A stretch of 64,000 nt of DNA from Escherichia coli (GTDB taxonomy: Bacteria > Pseudomonadota > Gammaproteobacteria > Enterobacterales > Enterobacteriaceae): NCBI RefSeq assembly GCF_003334815.1, contig NZ_QOWO01000018.1, one strand, 5' to 3'. A model generated the notes under the pieces. It did no database searches. It was not told where the DNA came from and saw only the letters and a list, made by a program, of their open reading frames with translations. This document shows, piece by piece, positions 12,573-24,114 of this stretch. Numbering within the stretch: the stretch's first letter is position 1; every line of letters starts with the position of its first letter. The position numbers were made by a program, and so were the translations under genes.

Positions 12573-13266
12573 AAAAGTGATCCGTCATGTTATCTCGTAC
12601 AGGCCATGAACACGGCATATTCGTACCGTAAAAAATATCGGAAATGCCGCCTTGATGGCGGTGAAAATAAAATCACCACTCCTTCATCACCCCGCATTTT
12701 ACGCTTCAAAATAAATAAGAAAAGGACTTTTTATCGATCGTAAAGAGGGGTATTCTGCAAGCGTTAAATAGATTGTATGAACCTGTGCAATTCGCGTCAG
12801 GTGTATTATGGCAATAATTTAAATATAGAATTTTTATGTATCTTATTGAATTATATAATAATTTTATTAAACATAAGCTAATCTAATGATTGCTTGTTTA
12901 TATATTTGTTTTGTGATTGATTAAGTGGGTATTTTTAAGGAATATCTCAAAAATTATCAAAATGATAATTCAGAAAGGATAAATACAATATTTATTCATG
13001 ATTCAGCTTTGGCCATTTTATGGAGGCAATACGGACTTTGAACAGTTGGGTATGGTTATCCAGATATATATTATTAAGTTATTGCTGAATAAGAGATTTA
13101 ATGATTTTAAAAATAGTTTTTACGACAACCGTAAATTCTAGCTCGGTTTGTATGTAAAAAATACTGAAAATGATGCGGTTCCGTGAAGTGAGCTGCATCT
13201 GCCTGTCTGGGATTAACGGCAGGTCATTGTAAGTAGTAATTAACCACGTTAACAAGGAGTTTACAA
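12573..13266. promoter_or_regulatory. AT-rich divergent intergenic region between tssB and the Hcp-Rhs gene
   Basis: About 700 bp of low-GC non-coding sequence flanked by divergently oriented genes; typical of xenogeneic promoter regions. Confidence 0.4.
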
Positions 13267-14610
13267 ATGCCAACACCGTGTTATATCTCCATCACTGGTC
13301 AGACCCAGGGAAATATTACTGCAGGTGCATTTACCGCTGATTCTGTCGGCAACATCTATGTGCAGGGGCACGAAGACGAGATGCTGGTGCAGGAATTCCT
13401 GCATAACGTTACTGTCCCGACCGATCCTCAGTCCGGTCAGCCTGCGGGTCAGCGTGCTCACAAGCCTTTCATTTTTACCGTGGCGCTGAACAAAGCGGTT
13501 CCGCTGATGTACAACGCACTGGCCTCCGGCGAAATGCTGCCAACCACTGAACTTCACTGGTGGCGTACCTCTGTGGAAGGCAAACAGGAGCATTATTTCA
13601 CTACCCGCCTGACTGATTCGACGATTGTCGATATGAAACTGCATATGCCGCATTGCCAGGACCCGGCGAAACGCGAGTTTACGGACTGCTCGGGGTACAC
13701 GACGCGGTATGAGTACGACTGGTACGGTCAACAAATCGCCGTTCACCGGGAGGAAGGCATCAGCACTTACAGCAGTTATAACCCGCGTGGGCAACTGGTC
13801 AGTCAGAAGGATGCGCAGGGGCGGGAGACCCGTTATGAGTACAGTACCGCAGGCGACCTCACCGCTATCATTGCCCCGGACGGTAGCCGCAGTGAGACAC
13901 AGTATGATGCGTGGGGTAAAGCCATCAGCACCACGCAGGGCGGTCTGACGCGCAGCATGGGGTATGACGCTGCCGGGCGCATCACCGTGCTGACCAACGA
14001 GAACGGCAGCCAGTCCACGTTCCGGTATGACCCGGTGGACAGGCTGACTGAACAGCGCGGCTTTGACGGGCGGACGCAACGTTACCATTATGACCTGACC
14101 GGAAAACTCACGCAGAGTGAAGACGAGGGGCTTATCACCCTCTGGCATTACGATGCGTCAGACCGTATCACCCGGCGCACGGTGAACGGTGAACCGGCGG
14201 AGCAGTGGCAGTATGACGACCACGGCTGGCTGACAGAAATCAGCCACCTGAGTGAAGGCCACCGTGTGGCGGTCCACTACGGCTATGACGATAAAGGCCG
14301 CCTGACGGGCGAACGGCAGACGGTGGAGAACCCGGAGACGGGGGAGATGCTGTGGGAGCATGAGACGGGGCATGCGTACAGCGAACAGGGGCTGGCGACC
14401 CGTCAGGAGCCGGACGGTCTGCCGCCGGTGGAGTGGCTGACGTATGGCAGCGGTTATCTTGCGGGGATGAAGCTGGGCGGAACACCGCTGGTCGAGTACA
14501 CGCGGGACAGGCTGCACCGTGAGACGGCCCGCAGCTTCGGCGGGGAGGCATATGAACTTGCCACCGCCTGGAATACCAGCGGCCAGCTCCGGAGCGATTC
14601 ATGTCATTAG
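13267..14610 (+). CDS. Hcp-Rhs fusion, N-terminal fragment (Hcp domain plus YD repeats), truncated
   Basis: N-terminal about 140 aa Hcp-like ([20 protein letters not shown]...), then YD/Rhs repeats ([54 protein letters not shown]); ORF ends abruptly at the junction with the H-repeat fragment; AAGGAG RBS. Confidence 0.75.
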   Translation: MPTPCYISITGQTQGNITAGAFTADSVGNIYVQGHEDEMLVQEFLHNVTVPTDPQSGQPAGQRAHKPFIFTVALNKAVPLMYNALASGEMLPTTELHWWRTSVEGKQEHYFTTRLTDSTIVDMKLHMPHCQDPAKREFTDCSGYTTRYEYDWYGQQIAVHREEGISTYSSYNPRGQLVSQKDAQGRETRYEYSTAGDLTAIIAPDGSRSETQYDAWGKAISTTQGGLTRSMGYDAAGRITVLTNENGSQSTFRYDPVDRLTEQRGFDGRTQRYHYDLTGKLTQSEDEGLITLWHYDASDRITRRTVNGEPAEQWQYDDHGWLTEISHLSEGHRVAVHYGYDDKGRLTGERQTVENPETGEMLWEHETGHAYSEQGLATRQEPDGLPPVEWLTYGSGYLAGMKLGGTPLVEYTRDRLHRETARSFGGEAYELATAWNTSGQLRSDSCH

Positions 14611-14629
14611 TGCGTTCTCAACAATGCAC

Positions 14630-15358
14630 AGTCTGGTCATCGGACAGATCAGGACGGATGAGAAATCCAATGAGATTAGAGCTATCCCTGAACTTCTTAA
14701 CATGCTGGATATTAAAGGAAAAATCATCACAACTGATGCGATGGGTTGCCAGAAAGATATTGCAGAGAAGATACAAAAACAGGGAGGTGATTATTTATTC
14801 GCGGTAAAAGGAAACCAGGGGCGGCTAAATAAAGCCTTTGAGGAAAAATTTCCGCTGAAAGAATTAAATAATCCAGAGCATGACAGTTACGCAATGAGTG
14901 AAAAGAGTCACGGCAGAGAAGAAATCCGTCTTCATATTGTTTGCGATGTCCCTGATGAACTTATTGATTTCACGTTTGAATGGAAAGGGCTGAAGAAATT
15001 ATGCGTGGCAGTCTCCTTTCGGTCCATAATAGCAGAACAAAAGAAAGAGCTAGAAATGACGGTCAGATATTATATCAGTTCTGCTGATTTAACCGCAGAG
15101 AAGTTCGCCACAGCAATCCGAAACCACTGGCACGTGGAGAATAAGCTGCACAGGCGTCTGGACGTGGTAATGAATGAAGACGACTACAAAATAAGAAGAG
15201 GAAACGCAGCAGAATTATTTTCAGGGATACGGCACATTGCTATTAATATTTTGACGAATGAGAAGGTATTCAAGGCAGGGTTAAGACGTAAGATGCGAAA
15301 AGCAGCCATGGACAGAAACTACCTGGCGTCAGTCCTTGCGGGGAGCGGGCTTTCGTAG
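14630..15358 (+). pseudogene. yafF: H-repeat-associated (ISAs1-family) transposase, C-terminal fragment
   Basis: Translation ...[17 protein letters not shown]...FAVKGNQ...[10 protein letters not shown]... matches the C-terminal part of H-rpt/ISAs1 transposases; no N-terminal half. Confidence 0.7.
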
Positions 15359-15398
15359 TAATACCCCGACTCTCCCCGTCCTTAAACACAACCCCCAC

Positions 15399-16169
15399 TC
15401 ACCACAACCTAAACTCATCCGCATCCTGCCATGCCGGAAACTTTTCTCTATATTCCCGCAATGCTGCCATCGACAGCTCCGCATCAATGCGCGTTGCCTG
15501 ATGCGCGTCGGCAGTAGCGATAATCTCTCCTTGCGGATTAATCACCCGGCTGTCACCGCGATAATGGCAGCCGTTGCCATCGCTGCCGACGCGATTGCAT
15601 CCCGCCACATACGCCTGATTCTCAATCGCGCGGGCCGTCAGCAATGCCTGCCAGTGCAGAGAGCGCGGAGCAGGCCAGTTGGCGACGTACAGGGCGAGGT
15701 CATAATCGTTGAGATTGCGCGACCACACAGGAAAACGTAAGTCGTAGCACACCAGCGGCAAAATACGCCAGCCGCGCCATTCCACAATCACTCGCGCATT
15801 GCCCGCTTTATAATGTAGATGCTCATCTGCCATGCGGAACAGATGACGCTTATCATAAAAATGTACCGTGCCGCCCGGCTCAACCAGCAAAAAGCGGTTA
15901 ACCGAACCAGACTCCGTTTGTAATGCAACACTGCCTGCAATCAGCGCATTGCACTGCTGCGCCTTAGCTGTCATCCAGTTCACTACGTCATCTTGTGCTA
16001 GCGACGAAGCTGCCGCTTCCATGGCAAAGCCGCTGGTAAACATCTCCGGTAGAACGATCACATCGCGCCCGGTAATACCTTCCAGTTGACGATCAAAATG
16101 ACGCAGGTTGGCAGGACCATCCATCCACACCAGTGGTTGCTGCAAAAGCGTAATCTTCAAACCAGGCAC
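15399..16169 (-). CDS. yafV: Omega-amidase (nitrilase-superfamily C-N hydrolase)
   Basis: CN-hydrolase motifs (catalytic Cys in LPLVCYDLRFP); GTG at 16169 with AAGGAG RBS chosen over the TTG opening the ORF-track call. Confidence 0.8.
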   Translation of the reverse strand: MPGLKITLLQQPLVWMDGPANLRHFDRQLEGITGRDVIVLPEMFTSGFAMEAAASSLAQDDVVNWMTAKAQQCNALIAGSVALQTESGSVNRFLLVEPGGTVHFYDKRHLFRMADEHLHYKAGNARVIVEWRGWRILPLVCYDLRFPVWSRNLNDYDLALYVANWPAPRSLHWQALLTARAIENQAYVAGCNRVGSDGNGCHYRGDSRVINPQGEIIATADAHQATRIDAELSMAALREYREKFPAWQDADEFRLW

Positions 16170-16322
16170 GGTGTACAACTCCTTTATGCGAAGGGTTTTA
16201 TAACTTTAACACCTTATCAGGCAGTTGCCTTAGCGCAGAATAAATTGATAACAAATGCTGATATTGGAAATATCTGATTTGCAAATTATCGTGTTATCGC
16301 CAGGCTTTAGGAGGTTAATAAC

Positions 16323-16796
16323 ATGGGCAGGATAAGCTCGGGAGGAATGATGTTTAAGGCAATAACGACAGTCGCCGCTCTGGTCATCGCCACCAGTGCA
16401 ATGGCGCAGGATGATTTAACCATTAGCAGCCTTGCAAAGGGCGAAACCACCAAAGCTGCATTTAATCAGATGGTACAAGGGCATAAGCTGCCTGCCTGGG
16501 TGATGAAAGGCGGTACTTATACTCCCGCACAAACCGTAACGTTGGGAGATGAGACGTATCAGGTGATGAGCGCGTGCAAACCGCATGACTGTGGCTCGCA
16601 ACGTATCGCTGTGATGTGGTCCGAGAAATCTAATCAGATGACGGGGCTGTTCTCGACTATTGATGAGAAAACGTCGCAAGAGAAACTCACCTGGCTGAAT
16701 GTGAACGATGCGCTTTCGATTGATGGTAAAACGGTGTTGTTCGCGGCGTTGACCGGCAGCCTGGAAAACCATCCGGATGGCTTTAATTTTAAATAA
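16323..16796 (+). CDS. ivy: Inhibitor of vertebrate lysozyme (periplasmic)
   Basis: 157-aa ORF with signal peptide and conserved CKPHDC loop motif. Confidence 0.85.
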   Translation: MGRISSGGMMFKAITTVAALVIATSAMAQDDLTISSLAKGETTKAAFNQMVQGHKLPAWVMKGGTYTPAQTVTLGDETYQVMSACKPHDCGSQRIAVMWSEKSNQMTGLFSTIDEKTSQEKLTWLNVNDALSIDGKTVLFAALTGSLENHPDGFNFK

Positions 16797-16812
16797 TTAG
16801 CGGATAAAGAAA

Positions 16813-16835
16813 CGGAGCCTTTCGGCTCCGTTATT
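16813..16835. terminator. Bidirectional terminator between ivy and fadE
   Basis: cggagcc-tttc-ggctccg followed by ttatt. Confidence 0.55.
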
Positions 16836-16838
16836 CAT

Positions 16839-19283
16839 TTACGCGGCTTCAACTTTCCGCACTTTCTCCGGCAACTTTACCGGCTTCGTCGCCAGCTCTT
16901 CCGGATCAAAGTCATCAACGTTAATACTGCGCAGACGGCTTTCTTCAGCTTTCACCAGAATAGCGGCTTCATCTTTATCAATCAGCCCCTTCACCAGCGC
17001 GTTGTGCGCCAGTTCATCCAGACGGGTAAACGGCAGGTTTTTACCCAGCTCTTTACAGATCCGCTGATGAATTGGGTCGGCGGCAATCACATCCACCAGC
17101 GCCTCTTCCAGCAAGCCAACCGGATTATGCTCGCTCGGCGTCAGGTACTGACCGCGACCAATGCGGGAACGGGTGGCGTTCGGCACTTGTAAAATCTTCG
17201 CCACTTTATGATCCAGCTTGTCAGAAGGTGCCAGATAATGACGTCCGGTCGGGAAGATCACCACATTCAGCAGCCCGGCAACCACGCGGTTCGGGAAGTT
17301 TTGCAGTAAATCATCCATCGCCTGTTCAGCCTGATACAGCGCATCTTGTACGCCCCAGTGCACCAGCGGCAGGTCGGCTTCATTACGGCCTTCGTCGTCA
17401 TAACGCTTCAGCACGGCAGAGGCGAGGTAGAGCTGGCTTAAAATATCCCCCAGACGGGCCGAGATGCGCTCGCGACGTTTCAGGCTGCCGCCCAGCACTG
17501 CCATCGAGACATCAGAAAGCAGGGCGAGGTTGGCGCTCAGGCGGTTCAGGTGCTGATAGTAGCGTTTAGTGGCATCGCCGGTTGGCGTGCTGCTGGTTAA
17601 ACCGCGCGTCAGGCCCAGCCAGAAGCTGCGAACTTTGTTGCTACCGACGTGACCGATATGTTTGAACAACAGTTTATCGAACGCGTTGACGTCATTGTTC
17701 TTCGCCGCTTCCATCTCTTCCAGCACGTACGGATGGCAACGAATCGCTCCTTGTCCGAAGATCATCATGCTGCGGGTCAGAATGTTAGCCCCTTCAACGG
17801 TGATGGCAATCGGTGCGCCCTGGTAAGCACGCGCCAGGAAGTTGCTTTGCCCGAGCATAATGCCTTTACCGCCGGTAATATCCATCGCATCAATAATCGA
17901 CTGCTGCCCGCGGTGGGTACAGTGATACTTAACGATAGCCGACAGCACGGCAGGTTTTTCGCCGAGCATAATGCCGTAGGTAATCAGCGATGCCGCAGCA
18001 TCCATCACGTAGGCATTACCGGCAATACGCGCCAGCGGCTCTTCAATCCCTTCCATCTTACCAATAGAGATTTTGAACTGACGGCGAATGTGAGCATACG
18101 CGCCGGTTGCCAGCGCTACCGATTTCACGCCGCCGGTTGAGTTGGAAGGCAGGGTGATGCCGCGGCCTACCGAGAGGCACTCCACCAGCATCCGCCAGCC
18201 TTGCCCGGCCATTTTCGGCCCGCCGATGATGTAATCGATCGGCACGAAGACATCTTTACCGCGCGTCGGTCCGTTCTGGAACGGTACGTTCAGCGGGAAG
18301 TGGCGACGACCAATTTCCACGCCCGGCGTGGTGGTTGGGATCAGCGCACAGGTAATGCCTAAATCTTCTGCACCGCCGAGTAATTTTTCCGGGTCGGAGA
18401 GTTTAAACGCCAGCCCAAGCACGGTCGCAATCGGTGCCAGCGTAATGTAGCGTTTGTTCCAGGTCAGACGCATCCCCAGCACCTGCTGGCCCTGCCATTC
18501 GCCCATGCAGACAATCCCGGTGTCCGGAATCGCGCCCGCATCGGAACCCGCTTCCGGGCTGGTCAGTGCAAAGCAGGGGATCTCCTGACCACGCGCCAGA
18601 CGCGGCAGATAGTGATCTTTCTGCTCGTCAGTGCCGTAATGTTGCAACAGTTCGCCCGGGCCTAATGAGTTTGGCACGCCGACGGTAATCGCCAGGATCC
18701 CGCTCACGCCGGAGAGTTTTTGCAGCACGCGAGACTGGGCATAAGCCGAGAACTCCAGCCCGCCGTACTCTTTTTTGATGATCATCGCGAAGAAACGATG
18801 CTCTTTAAGGTACGCCCACAACTCCGGCGGCAGATCCGCCAGCTCATGGGTGATCTGGAAATCATTCGCCATCCGGCAGGCTTCTTCTACCGGGCCGTCG
18901 AGAAACGCTTGCTCTTCGGCGGTCAGGCGCGGCTGCGGATAGTTATGCAGCTTTTTCCAGTCCGGCTTGCCCTGGAACAAGTCGCCCTCCCACCAGGTGG
19001 TGCCCGCATCAATCGCTTCTTTCTCAGTGCGCGACATCGGCGGCATCACCTTACGGAAACCGCGAAATACCGGCGCGGAAATCATCGACTTACGCATAGG
19101 CGCAAAGTTAAATGGCACGAGGATAATGGCCAGAGGCACCAGTACCCACGCCGACCACAGACCAGCAACGCCGAGGGCGGCTGTCCAGGCGAGCAAAATC
19201 AGACTGCTGATAAATAAGCTCACGCGGTGATAGAACAACGCGCCGAGCAGGACAACCGTAGCGAGAATACTCAAAATCATCAT
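16839..19283 (-). CDS. fadE: Acyl-CoA dehydrogenase (fatty acid beta-oxidation)
   Basis: Start chosen at the internal MMILSIL (814 aa) rather than the 840-aa ORF-track start; N-terminal membrane segment plus acyl-CoA dehydrogenase domains. Confidence 0.9.
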
Positions 19284-19522
19284 AACGAAAAGCCCCTTAC
19301 TTGTAGGAGGTCTGACCACTTGTGATGATATGGTTGTAGTGGATGCAAAAACATTTAGCAATATGTTTACAATATAATTACAACAAAGCTCACATTGTTG
19401 CTGTTTTTATCCGCACTTCAGGTCAAAAAGTCCTGGTCATAGCACCTGCCCGTACTTCTCGCTTTTGGCGGTATCCGGTACACTGCATTTTGTCTATTAC
19501 ATTTATGCTGAAGGATATCCTC

Positions 19523-20101
19523 ATGTACCAGGATCTTATTCGTAACGAACTGAACGAAGCGGCGGAAACGCTGGCTAACTTTTTAAAAGATGACGCCAAT
19601 ATTCACGCCATTCAGCGCGCGGCGGTCCTGTTAGCAGACAGCTTTAAAGCCGGTGGCAAAGTGCTTTCCTGCGGCAACGGCGGTTCCCATTGCGACGCTA
19701 TGCACTTTGCCGAAGAGTTGACCGGTCGCTACCGTGAAAACCGTCCGGGCTACCCGGCGATTGCTATTTCTGACGTTAGTCATATTTCCTGCGTCGGTAA
19801 TGATTTCGGTTTCAATGATATTTTCTCCCGCTACGTTGAAGCGGTAGGTCGCGAAGGCGATGTACTGCTGGGGATCTCCACCTCCGGTAACTCTGCAAAC
19901 GTGATCAAAGCGATCGCAGCGGCGCGTGAGAAGGGAATGAAAGTGATCACCCTGACCGGTAAAGACGGCGGCAAAATGGCTGGCACGGCGGATATCGAAA
20001 TTCGCGTACCGCACTTTGGTTATGCCGACCGCATTCAGGAGATTCACATTAAAGTGATCCATATCCTGATCCAGTTGATTGAAAAAGAGATGGTTAAGTA
20101 A
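19523..20101 (+). CDS. gmhA: Phosphoheptose isomerase (sedoheptulose-7-phosphate isomerase)
   Basis: 192-aa product [17 protein letters not shown]... SIS-domain motifs ([11 protein letters not shown]); ATG at 19523. Confidence 0.9.
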
Positions 20102-20107
20102 GTCTGG

Positions 20108-20265
20108 CGTAGGCCGGATAAGACGTTTACGCCGCATCCGGCATTTGTGCGCTGATGCCTGATGCGACGCTGACGCGTCTTATCATGCCTACAAATCTGT
20201 ACGCGAACCGTAGGCCGAATAATGCGTTCACGCCGCATCCGACCTGAAAATTCTTAAATCAATCT
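20108..20265. repeat. REP/BIME cluster
   Basis: Multiple copies of the REP palindrome (gccggatgcggcgtaaacgccttatccggcctac-type and gcctgatgcgacgctgacgcgtcttatcatgcctac-type) in alternating orientation. Confidence 0.75.
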
Positions 20266-20306
20266 TCGCCGGGGGCCATGCGCTCCCGCTGTTGTGGAGG
20301 TTACCC

Positions 20307-21074
20307 ATGTGCGAATTGCTCGGGATGAGCGCCAACGTCCCTACCGATATCTGCTTTAGTTTCACCGGGCTTGTACAGCGTGGTGGTGGAACCGGGCCAC
20401 ATAAAGATGGCTGGGGCATTACCTTTTACGAAGGTAAAGGCTGTCGCACATTTAAAGATCCACAACCCAGCTTTAATTCCCCCATCGCCAAACTTGTCCA
20501 GGACTACCCGATAAAATCCTGTTCGGTGGTGGCTCATATTCGCCAGGCTAATCGGGGCGAGGTGGCGCTGGAAAATACTCACCCATTTACCCGCGAGTTA
20601 TGGGGGCGTAACTGGACTTATGCCCATAACGGACAACTGACGGGCTACAAATCACTGGAAACCGGCAACTTCCGCCCGGTAGGCGAAACCGACAGCGAAA
20701 AAGCCTTCTGCTGGCTCCTGCATAAATTAACGCAGCGTTACCCGCGCACACCGGGCAACATGGCGGCGGTATTTAAATATATCGCCTCACTGGCGGATGA
20801 ACTGCGGCAGAAGGGCGTTTTCAACATGCTGCTTTCGGACGGGCGCTATGTAATGGCGTATTGCTCGACTAATTTACACTGGATCACCCGCCGCGCGCCG
20901 TTTGGCGTGGCAACGTTGCTGGATCAGGATGTGGAAATCGACTTCAGCTCGCAGACCACACCGAATGATGTGGTCACGGTGATTGCAACACAGCCGCTGA
21001 CGGGCAATGAAACCTGGCAAAAGATTATGCCAGGCGAATGGCGCTTATTTTGCCTCGGGGAGCGTGTAGTTTGA
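20307..21074 (+). CDS. yafJ: Class II glutamine amidotransferase-like protein
   Basis: [10 protein letters not shown]... N-terminal Cys nucleophile after Met; ATG at 20307. Confidence 0.8.
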   Translation: MCELLGMSANVPTDICFSFTGLVQRGGGTGPHKDGWGITFYEGKGCRTFKDPQPSFNSPIAKLVQDYPIKSCSVVAHIRQANRGEVALENTHPFTRELWGRNWTYAHNGQLTGYKSLETGNFRPVGETDSEKAFCWLLHKLTQRYPRTPGNMAAVFKYIASLADELRQKGVFNMLLSDGRYVMAYCSTNLHWITRRAPFGVATLLDQDVEIDFSSQTTPNDVVTVIATQPLTGNETWQKIMPGEWRLFCLGERVV

Positions 21075-21785
21075 TGCCAGTTGTGGCTGCACAACTTCGT
21101 GGCTTAACGGCTTGCTGACCACGTAACGACCATTGACCACAGAAACGGTTGGTGGCTTACGGGTTTGCTCAAAGTAGTCGTAACCCGGCTTCAGTTGCTC
21201 CCAGAAGTCCTTAAAGTTGGAATATTTATGGCGCTTCATATTGGCGTCGGTCATGCGGAACGGGTAAATACTCACTTGCACGCTCGGCTGACCAAACACC
21301 AGCGCACCAGTAACGAACTGGAATATCTCATCAATACCCTGATTGGTCATTGCGTAGCAGCCGATGGAAACACAATCGCCGTGGATCATCAGGTATTTCC
21401 CTTCATAACCATGCGCACGGTCATAGGCATTGGGGAAACCAATATTAATCGCTTTGTAGTAACGGCTGTCTGGTTTTAACTGATTACGCTGGACGCTATA
21501 AAACCCTTCCGGGCTTTTGAAATCGCCCTGACGCTGTTTTGGCCCTAAGCCGCCGGAATATTTACAGATTTTATAGCTGTCGAGCAGTTGATATTGCTCG
21601 CCCATTTTGACGTAGAGATCGAGCGTACGTTCTTCCTTGAAGATCTGGATGTAGACAGGGGATCCCATCAACTGCTGCTTATACTCTTTGCTCACAGGCG
21701 TGGTAGAGCTACTGCTGCCCAGCAAACCGGCAAATGAAACGCACGGGATCAACAACATCGCAAGAATTAATGCGATTTTACGCAT
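21045..21785 (-). CDS. yafK: L,D-transpeptidase-family periplasmic protein (YafK/DpaA)
   Basis: 246-aa ORF with signal peptide and YkuD-type catalytic motif ([12 protein letters not shown]). Confidence 0.85.
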   Translation of the reverse strand: MRKIALILAMLLIPCVSFAGLLGSSSSTTPVSKEYKQQLMGSPVYIQIFKEERTLDLYVKMGEQYQLLDSYKICKYSGGLGPKQRQGDFKSPEGFYSVQRNQLKPDSRYYKAINIGFPNAYDRAHGYEGKYLMIHGDCVSIGCYAMTNQGIDEIFQFVTGALVFGQPSVQVSIYPFRMTDANMKRHKYSNFKDFWEQLKPGYDYFEQTRKPPTVSVVNGRYVVSKPLSHEVVQPQLASNYTLPEAK

Positions 21786-21940
21786 ACTGCTTATTCCTTG
21801 ATAAAACGGTTACACACGCCAGGACGGCAAAATGGATCCCAAATCGGAATAGTCTGGATTTGGAAGGCTCACATTATCACCAAAAGAGTTTTACGCAAGC
21901 CTGTCGGCGCAGGGTTTACAAATTTCATCGGAAGCGGGCT

Positions 21941-22219
21941 TTACCCAAAGAGCGCCGCGTGAGTTCCAGTTCTCTCAAATCGTAAAAGTTTATCGGTAAG
22001 TTTGTAAATCAGGATCCAGTCCGGTTCGACATGAGCATCGCGATAACCTTTCCATGAACCTTGCAGCGGGTGGTCTTTATAAACAGCTGGAAGCGGTAAA
22101 GTATTATTGATAAGAAGCGTCATAAGATATTTCAATTTATTCATATCCTTATGACGCTTTTGTGCAAGTTTTACATCCTTTGAATATTGTCCCGAGTATT
22201 CAATATCCCTTTGAATCAT
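21941..22219 (-). CDS. yafQ: Toxin YafQ (RelE/ParE-family ribosome-dependent mRNA interferase)
   Basis: 92-aa ORF directly downstream of dinJ; matches the YafQ toxin. Confidence 0.85.
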   Translation of the reverse strand: MIQRDIEYSGQYSKDVKLAQKRHKDMNKLKYLMTLLINNTLPLPAVYKDHPLQGSWKGYRDAHVEPDWILIYKLTDKLLRFERTGTHAALFG

Positions 22220-22221
22220 AT

Positions 22222-22482
22222 TTAAATTCCTAATTTATCAAATAAATCATCGGCGTCTTTGGCCTTATGAACATCAATGCCAGCTTCGCTGTTTTTGATT
22301 GATTGAATGGTTAATTGATTAGGCTCGCGTAAATCAAACGGCAATGCCTTTTCACGCGCGACCTTTGTGAGGGTTATGCGAACCAGGTCAGAGATGGTCA
22401 GCCCCATCCCGGCCAGTACGTCCGCTGCCTGATTCTTCAGATCTTCATCGATTCGGGCGCGAACAAACGCGTTAGCAGCCAT
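22222..22482 (-). CDS. dinJ: Antitoxin DinJ
   Basis: 86-aa ORF MAANAFVRARIDEDLKNQAADVLAGMGLTISD... (RHH-type antitoxin), 3 bp upstream of yafQ. Confidence 0.85.
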   Translation of the reverse strand: MAANAFVRARIDEDLKNQAADVLAGMGLTISDLVRITLTKVAREKALPFDLREPNQLTIQSIKNSEAGIDVHKAKDADDLFDKLGI

Positions 22483-22498
22483 TGGGGTATCTCCTGTG

Positions 22499-22514
22499 CT
22501 GTATATTTATTCAG
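22499..22514 (-). promoter_or_regulatory. LexA box (SOS operator) upstream of dinJ
   Basis: CTGTATATTTATTCAG fits CTGT-N8-ACAG with one mismatch, 17 bp upstream of the dinJ start. Confidence 0.6.
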
Positions 22515-22691
22515 CTTGAATTGTAGCTCAAATGAGCAACAGCGACAATCCATGAGTAATTTAATAAACGGATGTTTTTACATAATTAACTGAAATATAT
22601 ATGTTAATTTTATAATAATGGTTTATTAAGTTTGTTCAGAAACGATCCGGGATACACTGCAACATTAAAGCATGACCAGCCATTATTGAGT

Positions 22692-23441
22692 ATGTCCTTG
22701 CCGTCGATTCCATCCTTTGTATTGTCGGGATTACTGTTGATTTGTTTGCCGTTTTCTTCATTTGCCAGCGCCACCACATCACATATCTCTTTCAGCTACG
22801 CCGCCCGCCAGCGGATGCAAAACCGTGCGCGTTTATTAAAACAGTACCAAACTCATCTGAAAAAGCAGGCCAGCTATATTGTGGAAGGCAATGCCGAAAG
22901 CAAAAGGGCGCTACGCCAGCACAACCGGGAGCAGATAAAACAGCATCCAGAATGGTTTCCTGCTCCGCTCAAGGCGAGTGACAGACGCTGGCAGGCGCTG
23001 GCGGAAAACAACCACTTTTTAAGCAGCGACCATCTGCATAACATTACCGAAGTGGCGATTCACCGCCTGGAGCAGCAGCTTGGCAAGCCTTACGTCTGGG
23101 GCGGTACGCGGCCTGATAAAGGCTTTGACTGTAGCGGGTTGGTTTTTTATGCCTACAACAAGATCCTTGAGGCTAAGCTCCCGCGCACGGCCAATGAGAT
23201 GTACCACTATCGCCGGGCAACGATTGTGGCGAACAACGACCTGCGCCGGGGAGATTTGCTGTTTTTCCATATCCACAGCCGCGAGATAGCCGATCATATG
23301 GGCGTGTATTTGGGCGATGGGCAATTTATCGAGTCGCCACGTACCGGCGAAACCATTCGGATAAGCCGATTAGCCGAACCTTTCTGGCAGGACCATTTTT
23401 TGGGCGCGCGCAGGATTTTGACGGAAGAGACGATTTTGTAG
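22692..23441 (+). CDS. yafL: NlpC/P60-family peptidoglycan endopeptidase lipoprotein
   Basis: 249-aa product; NlpC/P60 catalytic Cys (GFDCSGLVFYAY) and His; ATG at 22692. Confidence 0.8.
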   Translation: MSLPSIPSFVLSGLLLICLPFSSFASATTSHISFSYAARQRMQNRARLLKQYQTHLKKQASYIVEGNAESKRALRQHNREQIKQHPEWFPAPLKASDRRWQALAENNHFLSSDHLHNITEVAIHRLEQQLGKPYVWGGTRPDKGFDCSGLVFYAYNKILEAKLPRTANEMYHYRRATIVANNDLRRGDLLFFHIHSREIADHMGVYLGDGQFIESPRTGETIRISRLAEPFWQDHFLGARRILTEETIL

Positions 23442-23525
23442 GACGGATAAGGCGTTTACGCCGCATCCGGCAGTTGTACGCAGGTGCCTGATGCGACGCT
23501 GGCGCGTCTTATCATGCCTACGAGC
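23441..23525. repeat. REP pair (BIME) upstream of rayT
   Basis: Two inverted REP palindromes. Confidence 0.75.
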
Positions 23526-23616
23526 CCGCGAATATTTGCGAGCCGCTTTCCCGATATAAAACAACCTCATTGCCAACCTTTCCTTTTCTTCTTACCGTTG
23601 AGAAAAAGGAGTCGCC

Positions 23617-24114
23617 ATGTCTGAATATCGTCGTTATTACATCAAGGGGGGAACATGGTTTTTCACGGTGAATTTACGAAATCGTCGAAGCCAACTTTTG
23701 ACCACCCAGTACCAGATGCTCCGTCACGCCATTATTAAAGTTAAGCGAGACAGGCCTTTTGAAATCAACGCCTGGGTCGTTTTGCCAGAGCATATGCACT
23801 GTATCTGGACATTACCTGAAGGCGATGATGATTTTTCCTCGCGCTGGCGGGAAATTAAAAAGCAATTTACCCATGCTTGTGGATTGAAAAATATCTGGCA
23901 ACCACGTTTTTGGGAGCACGCCATCCGCAATACCAAAGATTATAGGCATCATGTTGATTATATTTATATAAATCCAGTAAAGCATGGTTGGGTAAAGCAA
24001 GTGAGTGATTGGCCATTCTCAACGTTCCATCGCGATGTCGCGCGAGGGTTATATCCCATCGATTGGGCGGGGGACGTAACGGATTTTAGTGCCGGGGAGC
24101 GTATCATTTCATAA
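23617..24114 (+). CDS. rayT: REP-associated tyrosine transposase (RayT / TnpA-REP)
   Basis: 165-aa ORF with HuH-type motif (EHMHCIW) and conserved Tyr region; flanked on both sides by REP clusters. Confidence 0.85.
   Translation: MSEYRRYYIKGGTWFFTVNLRNRRSQLLTTQYQMLRHAIIKVKRDRPFEINAWVVLPEHMHCIWTLPEGDDDFSSRWREIKKQFTHACGLKNIWQPRFWEHAIRNTKDYRHHVDYIYINPVKHGWVKQVSDWPFSTFHRDVARGLYPIDWAGDVTDFSAGERIIS

Noticed and set aside
13261-14148. 295-aa ORF on the minus strand inside the Hcp-Rhs gene, plus other antisense ORFs at 13709..13948, 14158..14517 and 14240..14602
   Set aside because: Antisense to a recognisable YD-repeat coding frame in GC-rich sequence; Arg/Pro/Ala-rich low-complexity translations typical of spurious ORFs.
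17072-19230. Plus-strand ORFs inside fadE (for example 17072..17569, 17649..18140, 18720..19217)
   Set aside because: Antisense to the fadE reading frame; typical GC-rich shadow ORFs.
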